From the human T2T-CHM13v2.0 reference genome, Homo sapiens: 64,000 nucleotides of DNA. Positions within the stretch are counted from its first letter, which is position 1; each line of letters starts with the position of its first letter. Below, piece by piece: positions 1-21,250 of the stretch. The stretch lies in the NCBI RefSeq assembly GCF_009914755.1, contig NC_060936.1; one strand, 5' to 3'. The notes beneath the pieces were generated by a model. The model did not search any database. It was not told the origin of the DNA and was given only the letters and a program-made list of their open reading frames with translations. The translations under genes and the position numbers were made by a program.

Positions 1-452
<452 letters not shown>

Positions 453-995
453 TGACCCAGGGCCAGTGGCTTTGCCTGTCTGTGCCTCAGTTTCCCCTCT
501 GTAAAAGCAGGAAATACATCCTCGCTCTCTCCTTCCTGGCCCTGGCCAGAGACAGTCTGCCCTTCCTGGGGCACTCAGGGTAAGGGTGGCGGGAAAAGGC
601 TCCAGGCGCTGCCCTGGCAGGTATTCATCCAGCACTTCCAAGCCTCAGTTTATACATTTGTAAGACCGCCAACCTTACCAGACTTGATTTTTCAGGTAAT
701 CAGTATGAAGGGTCCCAGCTGTGGCCTCACAAATGCCTGAGTTTGAGTCCCAGCTCTGCTGTTCACCCACTGGGTGACCTCAGACAACTCCTTTCACCTG
801 TGCCCCGGTTTCTGCATCTGTCAGCCTCCAGGAGGCACCATGAGGATTAAACGGGCATCAAGCACTGACCACAGCACCTGGCATGCAGTGCTGCTTGAGA
901 ACTGTTAGGGGTGGTGGTTGCCATAGTCATTGTCGTCATCATTTCTTTTTTTTTTTGAGATGGAATCTCACTCTGTCACCCAGGCTGGAGTGTAG

Positions 996-1480
<485 letters not shown>

Positions 1481-1638
1481 TAAAGTGATCCTCCCACCTC
1501 GGACTCCCAGAGTGCTGGGATTACAGGCATGAGCCACTGTGCCTGGCCTCGTTATTATGATTCTTATTTCACACCAGAATCACTCACAGGCCCACAGTTT
1601 GTTACATAGACTAAGCAGTGGCCCTGCCATCTCACTGA

Positions 1639-1911
<273 letters not shown>

Positions 1912-2050
1912 TGAGGCTTCGTCTACCTTTGTCCACCCCAGAGGGAATCCAAGGTGGATCAGAACCACCAGAGGCCAGAGGGACCTGTCTAGAGCGCATG
2001 GGTAGCTGTGGCACTGCTCAGAACCCTGCCATGGTTCCACACAGCTCTCA

Positions 2051-2346
<296 letters not shown>

Positions 2347-2538
2347 TCAGAAAAAAAAAAAGAAAAATATCCCAAGACTCGACAAGGCCTACAGGCCCTA
2401 CAGTCTTCAGGCCCCTCCATGCCTGTCACATGAACTGTTCATAGTCATGCCCAGCTGCCGTGCACTCCACCCTGCGCCTCTGATGCTGTCCTTACCCCAG
2501 ACACCTTTCACCTGGCCAACTCCTACTCATACCTATGA

Positions 2539-2940
<402 letters not shown>

Positions 2941-3186
2941 TGAACTCCTGACCTCGTGATCCACCTGCCTCGGCCTCCCAAAGTGCTGGGATTACAGGCG
3001 TGAGCCACCGTGCCCCGCCCATCTTCTCATCTTTAAAATGGGGACTGTGGGAGGCCGAGGCGGGCGGATCACCTGAGGTCAGGAGTTAGAGACAAGCCTG
3101 CCCAACATGGCGAAACCCTGTCTCTACTAAACATACAAAAAAATTAGCTGGGCGTGGTGGCGCACGCCTGTAATCCCAGCTACTCA

Positions 3187-3291
<105 letters not shown>

Positions 3292-3593
3292 TCAAAAAGA
3301 AAAAAAAAAATGGGGACTGTATTAGTTTTCCTTTCTTAGGGTTGTGTGAGGATCAAATGAGGTCAGTGTAATCCTGAAAGATCAGCCATCATTACAGCAA
3401 ATATTATCATTATTACCTCCCTGTTGCAGTTCTGCGCTGTCACAAACGACTCTGCTGGTGTGGCTGTCCCTCCGTCTGCTGTGGGGGCTTCTTGCAGCCA
3501 GGGACCGAGTTCCATCCTCACACCCAGCACAGCGTAGACTGACTGAGACCCTGGACTCCGGTTTCAAAGCCCTCTTCCATTTTTGCAGTGTCT

Positions 3594-3610
3594 GCTGCCC
3601 CCTGGTGGCT
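3594..3610 (-). promoter_or_regulatory. CTCF-binding motif
   Basis: Minus strand AGCCACCAGGGGGCAGC, a near-perfect match to the CTCF core CCASYAGRKGGCRS, in unique intronic sequence. Confidence 0.65.
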
Positions 3611-4181
3611 GCTCCGAGCAGGTGTCCTGAATCCCTCCAGTTGCCGCCAGGAGCCGAGATGTTTCCCAATCAATGGCCCTCCCTCCTGCCTGGTCCCCGG
3701 GAGGGGTGAGGGGATAAGGGATTACCCGGCTACCCTGCCCCACCTGTAAAATCCCCTGAGCCTAATTTCCCTCTTGGTCAGTTCCAGTAGCAAGAGAGAT
3801 GCAAGACAGAGAAGGATGTAATTATGCAGTAAACATTTATTAAGCACCTACTGTGGTCTAGACACAGATTTCAGATATGGGTGAGACATGATATGGAGAT
3901 GAAAAGAACCATGAGAAATAACTAGCCAGGGCTGGGTGTGGCAGCTAACTCCTGACCTCGTGATCCACCTGCCTCGGCTCCCAAAGTGCTGGGATTACAG
4001 GCGTGAGCCACCGTGCCCAGACCATCTTCTCATCTGGGCCTCTGGGAGGCCGAGGCCAAGGCGGGCAGATCACCTGAGGTCAGGAGTTTGAGACTAGCCT
4101 GGACAACATGGTGAAACCCCGTCTCTGCTAAAAATACAAAAATTGGCTGGGCATGGTGGTAGGTGCCTGTAATCCCAGCTA

Positions 4182-4283
<102 letters not shown>

Positions 4284-4287
4284 TCAG

Positions 4288-4322
<35 letters not shown>

Positions 4323-5260
4323 CCATCTCCTCTAAAAATACAAAAATTAGCTAGGTGTGGTGGCACACACCTGTGGTCCCAGCTACTCAAGAGGCTGAGG
4401 CAGGAGGATCACCTGAGCCCAGGAGGCAGAGGTTGTAGTGAGCCGAGATCTCATCACTACACTCCAGCCTGGGTGAGAGTGAGATGCTGTCTCAAAAAAA
4501 AATAATAGAAAAAGAAATAACTAGCCAAAGTCTCCCACTAAACCGACAGGACAACTGAGGCTAGGGAGGGAAGACATGAGTTCAGTTACACAGAGACAGA
4601 GGGAAACCCCAGGTCTCTCACCTCTTTATACAGCACTTTCTCCTGGGGGTCGGAAGCAGGCACCAGGGCAATGTCAAAGACAGCATCGCAGCAGAGGAAA
4701 ACGTTTGCTCTCCATGGGCCAGCCAGTAGTCTTATATTCAGGGTCTAGGAGTTCAGCAAGAGGAAAAATACAAAGGTTATTGCCCCATACCCCTGGCAAA
4801 AAAAATGAATGCTAAGCAGTGGGCACATGAGCCGCTGCCAGGGAGGAAATGAATGTGACTAACTGCTCAATCACGAGTTCTACTTCTGGGATTGGAAGGA
4901 AATGTCCAGAATGGGGACAGGGGTTTATATATAAGCTGTTCCATCATTGTTCATAAGAGTGACAAACTGGAAACAAAACAACCTAAGTGTCCAGCAGTGG
5001 GGGATCTGGTAAGTAAAGCAGATAATATCCCTTTAGCAGCATGTGCAGCCCTTAAAGGTAGAACTTTTAATGATAAGAAAAAATGGGGCCGGGCACAGTG
5101 GCTCACGCCTGTATAATCCCAACACTTTGGAAGGCCAAGACAGATGGATCACTTGAGGTCAGGAGTTGGAGACCAGCCTGGACCACATGGCAAAACCCCA
5201 TCTCTACTAAAAATACAAAAATTAGCCAGGCATGGTAGTAGGAACCTGTAATCCCAGCTA

Positions 5261-5387
<127 letters not shown>

Positions 5388-5812
5388 TTAGCTGGGCATA
5401 GTGGCAAATGCATGTAGTCCCAACTACTTGAGAGGCTGAGGCAGGAAGATCGCTTAAACCCAGGAGTTTGAGACTAGCCTGGGCAACATACCAAGACCCT
5501 GTCTCCAAAAAAGAAAAAAAGAAAAAAAACACTCATGTTGATACTAAATGGGGACAAACCAGACTACACTTCCACATATCGAGTATGATCATGCGATGCA
5601 TGTAGTTTAGAAAACAGACTGGAAGGGAATACATGAGAATATTTCACGTGGTTGCTCCTAAGAGACAGTAAGGGTGACTTTCATTTTGATCTTGACTTTT
5701 TGTGCTTTTTTTTGCATGCTCCTCTGTGCTCCCATAGTAGGCAAGTATGAGTTTTTTTTAATCGAGGTAAAATTCTCATAACATAAAATTAAGCTTTTTT
5801 TTTTTTTTTTGA

Positions 5813-6338
<526 letters not shown>

Positions 6339-6401
6339 TGATCGGCCTGCCTCAGTCTCCCAAAGTGCTGGGATTACAGACGTGAACCACCACGCCCGGC
6401 C

Positions 6402-6760
6402 AAAATTAACCATTTTAAAGTGTACAATTCAGTAGTAGTTAGTATAGTCAGTGTTATGCAACCATCATCTCTCTCCAGTTCACACATGTTCATCACCCCA
6501 GAAGGAAACCCTATACCCATTAAGCAGTGCTTCTCCTTTCCACTCTCCCCCCAGCCCCTGGAAACCACTGATCTGCATCCTGTTTCTGTGGATTGACCTG
6601 TTCTGCACATTTTGTGTAAATGGAATCATATCATATGTGCTACCTTGCGTCTGGCCTCTTTCACTCAGCCCCATGTTTGTAAGGCTTATTCCTGTTGTAG
6701 CCCCTGTTAGTGCTTCATTCCTTTTTATGACAAAATAATGTTCCATTGCTATATTACTTT
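6402..6760 (-). mobile_element. Old L1M 3'-end fragment
   Basis: CCATTTTAAAGTGTACAATTCAGT...TGGAATCATATCATATGTG...TTCATTCCTTTTTATGACAAAATAATGTTCCATTG. Confidence 0.75.
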
Positions 6761-7461
6761 TTAATTGGAAAAGCAATGAAAATTATTTTTAATGGGTCTA
6801 AGAGGACCCACTAGGATGAAAGCTACACAGAGATAATGAAGAAGGGGTTACATTGATCTGGCTTTCTGCAGAGCTAGAGAGACTCTGGTGTCGGGAACGC
6901 TTCTCTGAGGGCAGAGGGAAGCACCTTTTCATTTACTGGTTAATTGTCATTCCTCAGGGCACAGATCCATCTATTATCCTTGGTTCATGACACACTCTCA
7001 GGGCTGCCGCCTGCATGGCCTTCTCTCAGGTGTCTGTGTGTATGTGTGTACACACGTGCATATATATATATGTGTATATATGTGTGTGTATATTCATGCA
7101 TTCATTCATTCGTTCACTCATGTAAATGACAGAATGAACCTCTGGGAACATATTGCCCAACCCAAGATTTAGAAAATTCCCAATAACTGAGATCTGGCAT
7201 TTTCCTCCCCATCCCACCCCTGCCTTCCTCTCCCAGAGATGTCTTTCATCCTAAAATTTTGTCCTGTTGTTCCTTTGTGTTTGCCATTTGTAGAAAAGGT
7301 TTTTCACTAAATCATATAGTGTTTATGTTATTTGTTATGGAACTTGATAGAAAACATGTGATACCGACCGGGCGCGGTGGCTCACACCTGTAATCCTAGC
7401 ACTTTAGGAGGCCAAGGTGGGCAGATCATTTGAGCTCAGGAGTTTGAGACCAGCCTGGCTA

Positions 7462-7960
<499 letters not shown>

Positions 7961-9233
7961 TGAGCTCCTGGGCTCCAGTAATCCTCCTGCCTCACCCTCC
8001 CAAAGTGCTGGGATTATAAGCATAAGCCACTGCTCCCAGCCTTCACCTGCTTTTTTCACTCAATATTATGTTATTAGGATTCACACAAAGGGCACGGTAG
8101 CTCATACCTGTAGTCCTAGCTACTCGGGAGGCTGAGGCAGGAGAACCACTTGAGCCCAGGAGTTTGAGACCACAGAGAGCTATGATCGCACCTGAGATCG
8201 AGCCACTGCACTCCAGCCTGGGAAGCATAGCAAGACCACATCTCTTTTTTTAAAAAAAAAAAAAGATTCATATCTGATTTTGCATAAGGACTTCCTTTTT
8301 CACTGCTGCATAGTGTTCCATTGTGTGATCATCCCACTATTTTTTTTTCTAGAGATGGATGTCTCATTCTGTCACCCAGGTCGGAGTGCAATCTTGGTTC
8401 ACTGCAGCCTCGAATTCCCAGGCTCAAGCAATGCTCCCAACTCAGACCCTGAGGTACAGGTGTGAGCCACCACGCCTGGCTAATTTTTGTATTTTTTGCA
8501 GAGACTGAGTTTTGCCATGTTGCCCAGGCTGGTCTCGAACTCCTAAACTCAGACAATTTGACTGCCTCAGCCTCCCAAAGTGCTGGGATGACAGGTGTGA
8601 GTCACTGTGCCTGGCCCATCCCACTGTTTTTGATCCATTCTCTGCATGGGCATTTGGATTCATTGCTATTAGAACAAGTGAAGGGCTGGGCACAGTGGCT
8701 CGAGCCTGTAATCTCTACACTTTGGGAGGCTGAGGAGGGCAGATCACTTGAGCCCAGGAGTTTGAGACCACCCTGGGCAATATGGCAAAACCCCGTCTCT
8801 ACAAAAAATACAAAAATTAGCTGAGCATGGTGGCACATGCTTGTAGTCCCAGCACTTTGGGAGGCCCAGGCAGGAGAATCACTTGAAGCCAGGAGTTTGA
8901 AACCAGCCTGGGCAACATGGCAAGACCCCATCTCTATGAAAGAAAGGAAGGAAGAAAGGGAAGGGAAATGAGGAAGGAAAGAAATATTTTTAAAGAATTT
9001 TTTTTTTAAAACAGAACAAGTGAACAAGCCACTTTTCTGTGCCTTCGTGTTTTCTTTGTCTTTGAACATTTACATGGTTGGATCATTGCCTATGTAAAAG
9101 TCAGGTCAGGCCGGGCACTGTGGTTCATGCCTGTCATCTCAGCACTTTGGGAGGCTGAGGTGTAGATCACTTGAGCTCAGGAGTTCAAGACCAGCCTGGC
9201 CAACATGGCAAAACCCTGTCTCTACTAAAGCTA

Positions 9234-9425
<192 letters not shown>

Positions 9426-9599
9426 TTATCCGCATGAGCATGTTCTCTGCATATGCCAAAACCTCACTGTCAACCGAATTTTGGGTGGCTGCCTAATATT
9501 CTGCCACAGGGAGGGATCATAATTTAGTTAGCCAATCCCCAGTTGCTGGACACAGAGGTTGCCTGGACACCGTGCTGGCATCAACAGGGATGCTGTGAA

Positions 9600-10538
<939 letters not shown>

Positions 10539-10643
10539 TGAGTCCTGCTGTCCCTGGGTCCCGCAGGAAGGAGGGCCACTGTTCTGCTCCGTGGTTGTTA
10601 AAACCAGGAAATGCTTCCATCCTGGCCAGCAAACAGCCACTTA

Positions 10644-14962
<4,319 letters not shown>

Positions 14963-15258
14963 GCAGCCATGCTAATGCTAATGACCGCTGCCACTTACCA
15001 CACATAGCACCAAGTGGTCAAAGTGCTTTGTCCTGTAATCTTCATGTCAGTCTCCACCAAAGGGACTGTTTATCATTTCCATTTCACAGATGAGGAAATC
15101 CAGGGGCATGGTAGTGCAGTGACTTGCCCAAGGCCATCATCCAGTGAGTGGCAGACCTAGGATGAGCACCCTGGGCTGTGGGCCATCAGGCTTCCTGCCC
15201 CCTAGGGTCCCGAAATGTGTCTACCCCAGAGCCTACCTGGGAAAAGACTTCCATCCTT

Positions 15259-17017
15259 TTTTGTTTATAGTGTTGTGGTGGGGAGGGGTGGGTTTTGTTT
15301 ATAGTGTTGTGGTGGGGGAGGGGTGGGTTTTGTTTATAGTGTTGTGGTGGGGGAGGGGTGGGTTTGTTTATAGTGTTGTGTTGGGGGAGGGGTGGGTTTT
15401 GTTTATAGTGTTGTGGTGGGGGAGGGGTGGGTTTTGTTTATAGTGTGGTGGGGGAGGGGTGGGTTTTGTTTATAGTGTTGTGTTGGGGGAGGGGTGGGTT
15501 TTGTTTATAGTGTTGTGTTGGGGGAGGGGTGGGTTTTGTTTATAGTGTGTTGGGGGAGGGGTGGGTTTTGTTTATAGTGTGTTGGGGGAGGGGTGGGTTT
15601 TGTTTATAGTGTGTTGGGGGAGGGGTGGGTTTTGTTTATAGTGTTGTGTTGGGGGAGGGGTGGGTTTTGTTTATAGTGTTGTGTTGGGGGAGGGGTGGGT
15701 TTTGTTTATAGTGTTGTGGTGGGGGAGGGGTGGGTTTTGTTTATAGTGTTGTGTTGGGGGAGGGGTGGGTTTTGTTTATAGTGTTGTGTTGGGGGAGGGG
15801 TGGGTTTTGTTTATAGTGTTGGGGTGGGGGAGGGGTGGGTTTTGTTTATAGTGTTGTGGTGGGGGAGGGGTGGGTTTTGTTTATAGTGTTGTGATGGGGA
15901 GGGGTTGGTTTTGTTTATAGTGTTGGGGTGGGGGAGGGGTGGGTTTTGTTTATAGTGTTGTGGGGGAGGGGTGGGTTTTGTTTATAGTGTTGGGGTGGGG
16001 GAGGGGTGGGTTTTGTTTATAGTGTTGTGGGGGAGGGGTGGGTTTTGTTTATAGTGTTGGGGTCGGGGAGGGGTGGGTTTTGTTTATAGTGTTGTGTTGG
16101 GGGAGGGGTGGGTTTTGTTTATAGTGTTGTGGTGGGGGAGGGGTGGGTTTTGTTTATAGTGTTGTGTTGGGGGAGGGGTGGGTTTTGTTTATAGTGTTGT
16201 GTTGGGGGAGGGGTGGGTTTTGTTTATAGTGTTGTGGTGGGGGAGGGGTGGGTTTTGTTTATAGTGTTGTGGTGGGGGAGGGGTGGGTTTTGTTTATAGT
16301 GTTGTGATGGGGAGGGGTGGGTTTTGTTTATAGTGTTGTGGTGGGGGAGGGGTTGGTTTTGTTTATAGTGTTGGGGTGGGGGAGGGGTTGGTTTTGTTTA
16401 TAGTGTTGGGGTGGGGGAGGGGTGGGTTTTGTTTATAGTGTTGGGGTGGGGGAGGGGTGGGTTTTGTTTATAGTGTTGGGGTGGGGGAGGGGTTGGTTTT
16501 GTTTATAGTGTTGGGGTGGGGGAGGGGTGGGTTTTGTTTATAGTGTTGGGGTGGGGGAGGGGTTGGTTTTGTTTATAGTGTTGGGGTGGGGGAGGGGTGG
16601 GTTTTGTTTATAGTGTTGGGGTGGGGGAGGGGTGGGTTTGTTTATAGTGTTGTGATGGGGAGGGGTTGGTTTTGTTTATAGTGTTGTGGTGGGGGAGGGG
16701 TGGGTTTGTTTATAGTGTTGTGGTGGGGGAGGGGTGGGTTTTGTTTATAGTGTTGTGGTGGGGGAGGGGTGGGTTTTGTTTATAGTGTTGTGTTGGGGGA
16801 GGGGTTGGTTTTGTTTATAGTGTTGTGGTGGGGGAGGGGTGGGTTTTGTTTATAGTGTTGTGGTGGGGGAGGGGTGGGTTTTGTTTATAGTGTTGTGGGG
16901 GAGGGGTGGGTTTTGTTTATAGTGTTGTGTTGGGGGAGGGGTGGGTTTTGTTTATAGTCTTGTGGTGGGGTAGGGGTTGGTTTTGTTTTATAGTGTTGTG
17001 GTGATGGAGGGGGTTGG
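15259..17017 (+). repeat. G-rich minisatellite/VNTR, 35-bp consensus TTTTGTTTATAGTGTTGTGGTGGGGGAGGGGTGGG, ~50 copies
   Basis: Directly visible tandem array with 32-35 bp variant units and almost no C on the + strand. Confidence 0.98.
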
Positions 17018-17443
17018 TTTTTGGTTTTTTGAGACATAGTCTCACTCTGTCACCCAGGCTGGAGTGGTGAGCCACTGCGCCTGGTCTGTGGTGTTAGGTT
17101 TTAACTAACTTTTTTACTGTAGTAAAATTCACATAACAGCTGGGCACCGTGGCTCACACCTGTAATCCCAGCACTTTGGGAGGCCGAGGCGGGCCGATCA
17201 CTTGAGCCCAGGAATTTGAGACCAGCCTGGCCAACATGGAGAAATCCCGTCTCTCCTAAAAGTACAAAAATTAGCCGGGTGTGGTAGCACGCATCTGTAA
17301 TCCCAGCTACTCGGGAGGCTAAGGCGAGAGGATCGCTTGAACCCAGGAAGCAGAGGTTGCAGTGAGCCGGATGGCACCACTGCACTGCAGCCTGGGTGAC
17401 AGAGTGAGACTCTGTCTCAAACAAAGAAACAAACAAACAAAAA

Positions 17444-18090
17444 TCACATAACGTAAAATGTACCTTTTAAACCATTTTTGAAGTATACAATTCAGTGGAT
17501 CTAATACATGCACAATGCGTGTGACCATCACCTCTGTCTAATTCCAGAATATTCCCACCGCCCCAAAAAGGAACCCCATACCCATCCAGCAGTCATTGCC
17601 CATCCTCCTTCCCCCCAGCTCCTGGAATTCCGCTTTCTTTCTGTCTGGATTTGCCTCTTCTGAATGTTTCATATAGATGGAATCCTGTACTACTTGGCCT
17701 TCTGTGGCTGGCTTCTTTCAGTTAACGTGTTTTCAAGGCTCATACAGGCTGTAGTATGCATCAGAATTTCCTTCCTTTTTTATGGCTAAATGATATTCCA
17801 TTGTATGGATAGACCCCATTTTGACTATTTTGAATAATGCGCCTATGAAAATTTGTGTACATATTTGTGTTTGAACCCCCATTTTCAGTTCTTCGAACAT
17901 ATATCTAGGAGTACAGTTGGCTAGATCATATGGTAACTCTTGTGTTTAACTTACTGAGGAAGTTCAAAGGGTTTCTGTTTCTCCAGGTCCTTACCAACAT
18001 GGGTTATCTCCCATTTGTTGACGCTAGCCATCCTGGTGGGTGTGTAAGTGGTATTTCACTGTAGTTTTTATTTGCATTTCCCCAATGTCT
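17444..18090 (-). mobile_element. Old L1M 3'-end fragment
   Basis: AAGTATACAATTCAGTGG...CCTTCCTTTTTTATGGCTAAATGATATTCCATTGTATGGATAGAC...TTTATTTGCATTTCCC. Confidence 0.75.
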
Positions 18091-19092
18091 GATTGTTTTG
18101 GTTGTAGATTTTATTGTCATGGAAGGATTTGACCACAGGTAGGATAGAGGTAAGCAGAGAAGATGGAGAATGGTGCTCCTTGTGGAAGGAATGGCACAGG
18201 CAGCGGCTAGGAGGTGGGACCATGCACGGCCTGGGAAGGGATGTGAGTAGAGGTGGCGGGGTCCCCTGCTCTCCCAGAATAGGAAGCCAAGGCTAGGCAC
18301 AGTGCGTCACACCTGTAGTCCCAGGACTTTGGGAGGCTAAAGCAGGCGGATCACTTGAGGTCAGGAGTTTGAGACCAGCCTGACCAACATGGCAAAACCC
18401 CTTCTGTACAAAATTACAAAAATACAAAAATCAGCTGGGCATGGTGGCAGGTGCCTGTAGTCCCAGCTACTCAGGAGGCTGAGGTATGAGGATGCTTGAG
18501 CCTAGGAGGTCAAGGCTGCAGTGAACTGGAGTGAGTGCCTTCCAGTCTGGACAATAGAGCGAGACCCTGTCCCAAAAACAATAATAATAATGATGAGGGA
18601 ATCAGGCCTGGAGGTGGCTACTGTAGCTGCTGGCCCTAGGGAGAGAGTGGTGATGGCAGAGCCACCCTCACAGCCTCTGCTTGTTCATAACCCACTGGGC
18701 CTGGAAGCAAAAGGGTGTATCCATTGCCCACAAAGTCCCACAGAGTCTGGCTGTGGGGCTGGGTGTCAGGACCTGTCCAAGCCCCGCTTGTGTATGCCCT
18801 GGCCACTGGGGCGGGCAGGGACCGGCACTGGAACCCTGACCATACCTGTTACTGAAGTTGAGCCAGATGCCACGGGAGGGTTATAAAGCACGCCCTTATC
18901 CCCACGTCCACTGCCAGGCGCAGCCCCGGGTATAATCGGCGCTACCTACCGTGGCAGCATCAGTATTCCAGACCCTTCCATCCGAGGTTTCTCAGAATTC
19001 TCAAGCAGTCAAGGAAGCCCTGTCCTGTCCCCATACACAGTCCCTGTCTTCCCTCTGTCTCTCTCCTGATCTCTGTCTCTCTCCTCCAATTT

Positions 19093-19096
<4 letters not shown>

Positions 19097-19138
<42 letters not shown>
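19097..19138. repeat. (TG)n microsatellite at an Alu tail
   Basis: About 20 uninterrupted TG units. Confidence 0.95.
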
Positions 19139-19448
<310 letters not shown>

Positions 19449-19456
19449 TGATTCAC

Positions 19457-19459
<3 letters not shown>

Positions 19460-19497
<38 letters not shown>

Positions 19498-19660
19498 CCT
19501 CTCTCCCTCTCTCCCTCTCCCTCTCCTCCCCCCACCCCACTCTCTCTCTCCCCCTGCCTCTCTCACCATCTCTCTCCCCCTCTGTTTGCTCTGTCTCTTC
19601 CTCCCTGACCCTCCCTGTCCCTCCAGTGCTCTCTTTTCATCTCTCTTGCACCATCCTTAT
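19460..19660. repeat. (CT)n microsatellite and polypyrimidine low-complexity tract
   Basis: About 17 CT units followed by ~170 bp of almost pure C/T. Confidence 0.9.
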
Positions 19661-20105
19661 CTCTCCAGGAGAGAGAGATTTCCCAGGATCTGGAACTTTC
19701 TGTAGTAAAATAAGGAAAGTCGCGGGCAGACTGGGATGGGTTGGTCACTCTGCTCTCTCTCCTGTCCCCAGCTGCCCACAGCCCTGTCTGGCACCCCACC
19801 CACAAGCCCAGCAAGGCAAGAAGACCCTGCCTCTCCCTGTCGTCGCCTCCCTCTCCAAATAACCCAGTTGTTCACATGTGACTCCCCCAGCCCTGTAATT
19901 AGCACAGTCTTCCTGATAGAGATAATTTCTGAATCTTTCCATCACTTCGTCAGAAGCGATTCTCAGTCAGAGGAGTCAGAAAGGCGGGGTTCTCCCTGGG
20001 GGAGTGGGATTGGGGGGTGGCTGTGTTCTTTCCTGCCAATCATCTCCATGTCATCCTGTTCGCTTCGCTTCTTGGCCCTCTAGGTTGGGACATGGGTGCA
20101 GATAG

Positions 20106-20520
<415 letters not shown>

Positions 20521-21199
20521 TAGGACAGACTCTCACTTTCCCAGACTGGCCCTCCCACACCAACATGGCATCAGTGTTGGTAACAGTGAGCCTGGAACAT
20601 GCCCACGTCAGCCTTGGCATCACATGGATGCTACCTGAATGGCCAGGATCAGCTCACTTGGGGCTGGGGGCACAGTAGACTTCTTGAGACCTCACGGTCA
20701 CAAAGGGCCATGATGCTGCTACTTCGAACTCGGGGGCTTCACCTTGCCCTCTTCAGGAGTACTCAGGGATCCTGGCTGAAATTACTCCATAGGCATCTGC
20801 CCAGAGCCCCTGCCCCACCCCCAGGCTCTGGGGACTCACCTGTGACTAACTTGTAGTCCTTGCCTTCAAGGGGCTCACAGTTGGTAGATGAGAGGACAGT
20901 GTTGGGCATAACCCAACCCCAGCTCAAGTCCTGACTTTGCCATTTATTGCTGTGTGATCTTGGACACGTTGTCTAACCTCTCTGAACCTCGGTTTCCTCA
21001 CCCATAAAATGGGATGACATAGCACTTACCTCTTAGAGGTGTCATGAGGGTCACTTGAGATCATGAGCATTGGCCAGCCACAGTGACCCATGCCTGTAAT
21101 CCCAACACTTTGGGAGGCCGAGGCAGGAGGATGACTTGAGCCCAGGAGTTTGATACCAGCCTGGGCCACATAGTGAAACCCTATCTCTATTTAAAAATA

Positions 21200-21200
21200 C

Positions 21201-21247
<47 letters not shown>
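21200..21247. repeat. (TA)n microsatellite
   Basis: About 20 TA units after an Alu left monomer. Confidence 0.95.

Positions 21248-21250
<3 letters not shown>

Noticed and set aside
15259-17017. CRISPR-like or telomere-like array
   Set aside because: Units are directly tandem with no unique spacers, there are no cas genes and no TTAGGG; it is a eukaryotic minisatellite.
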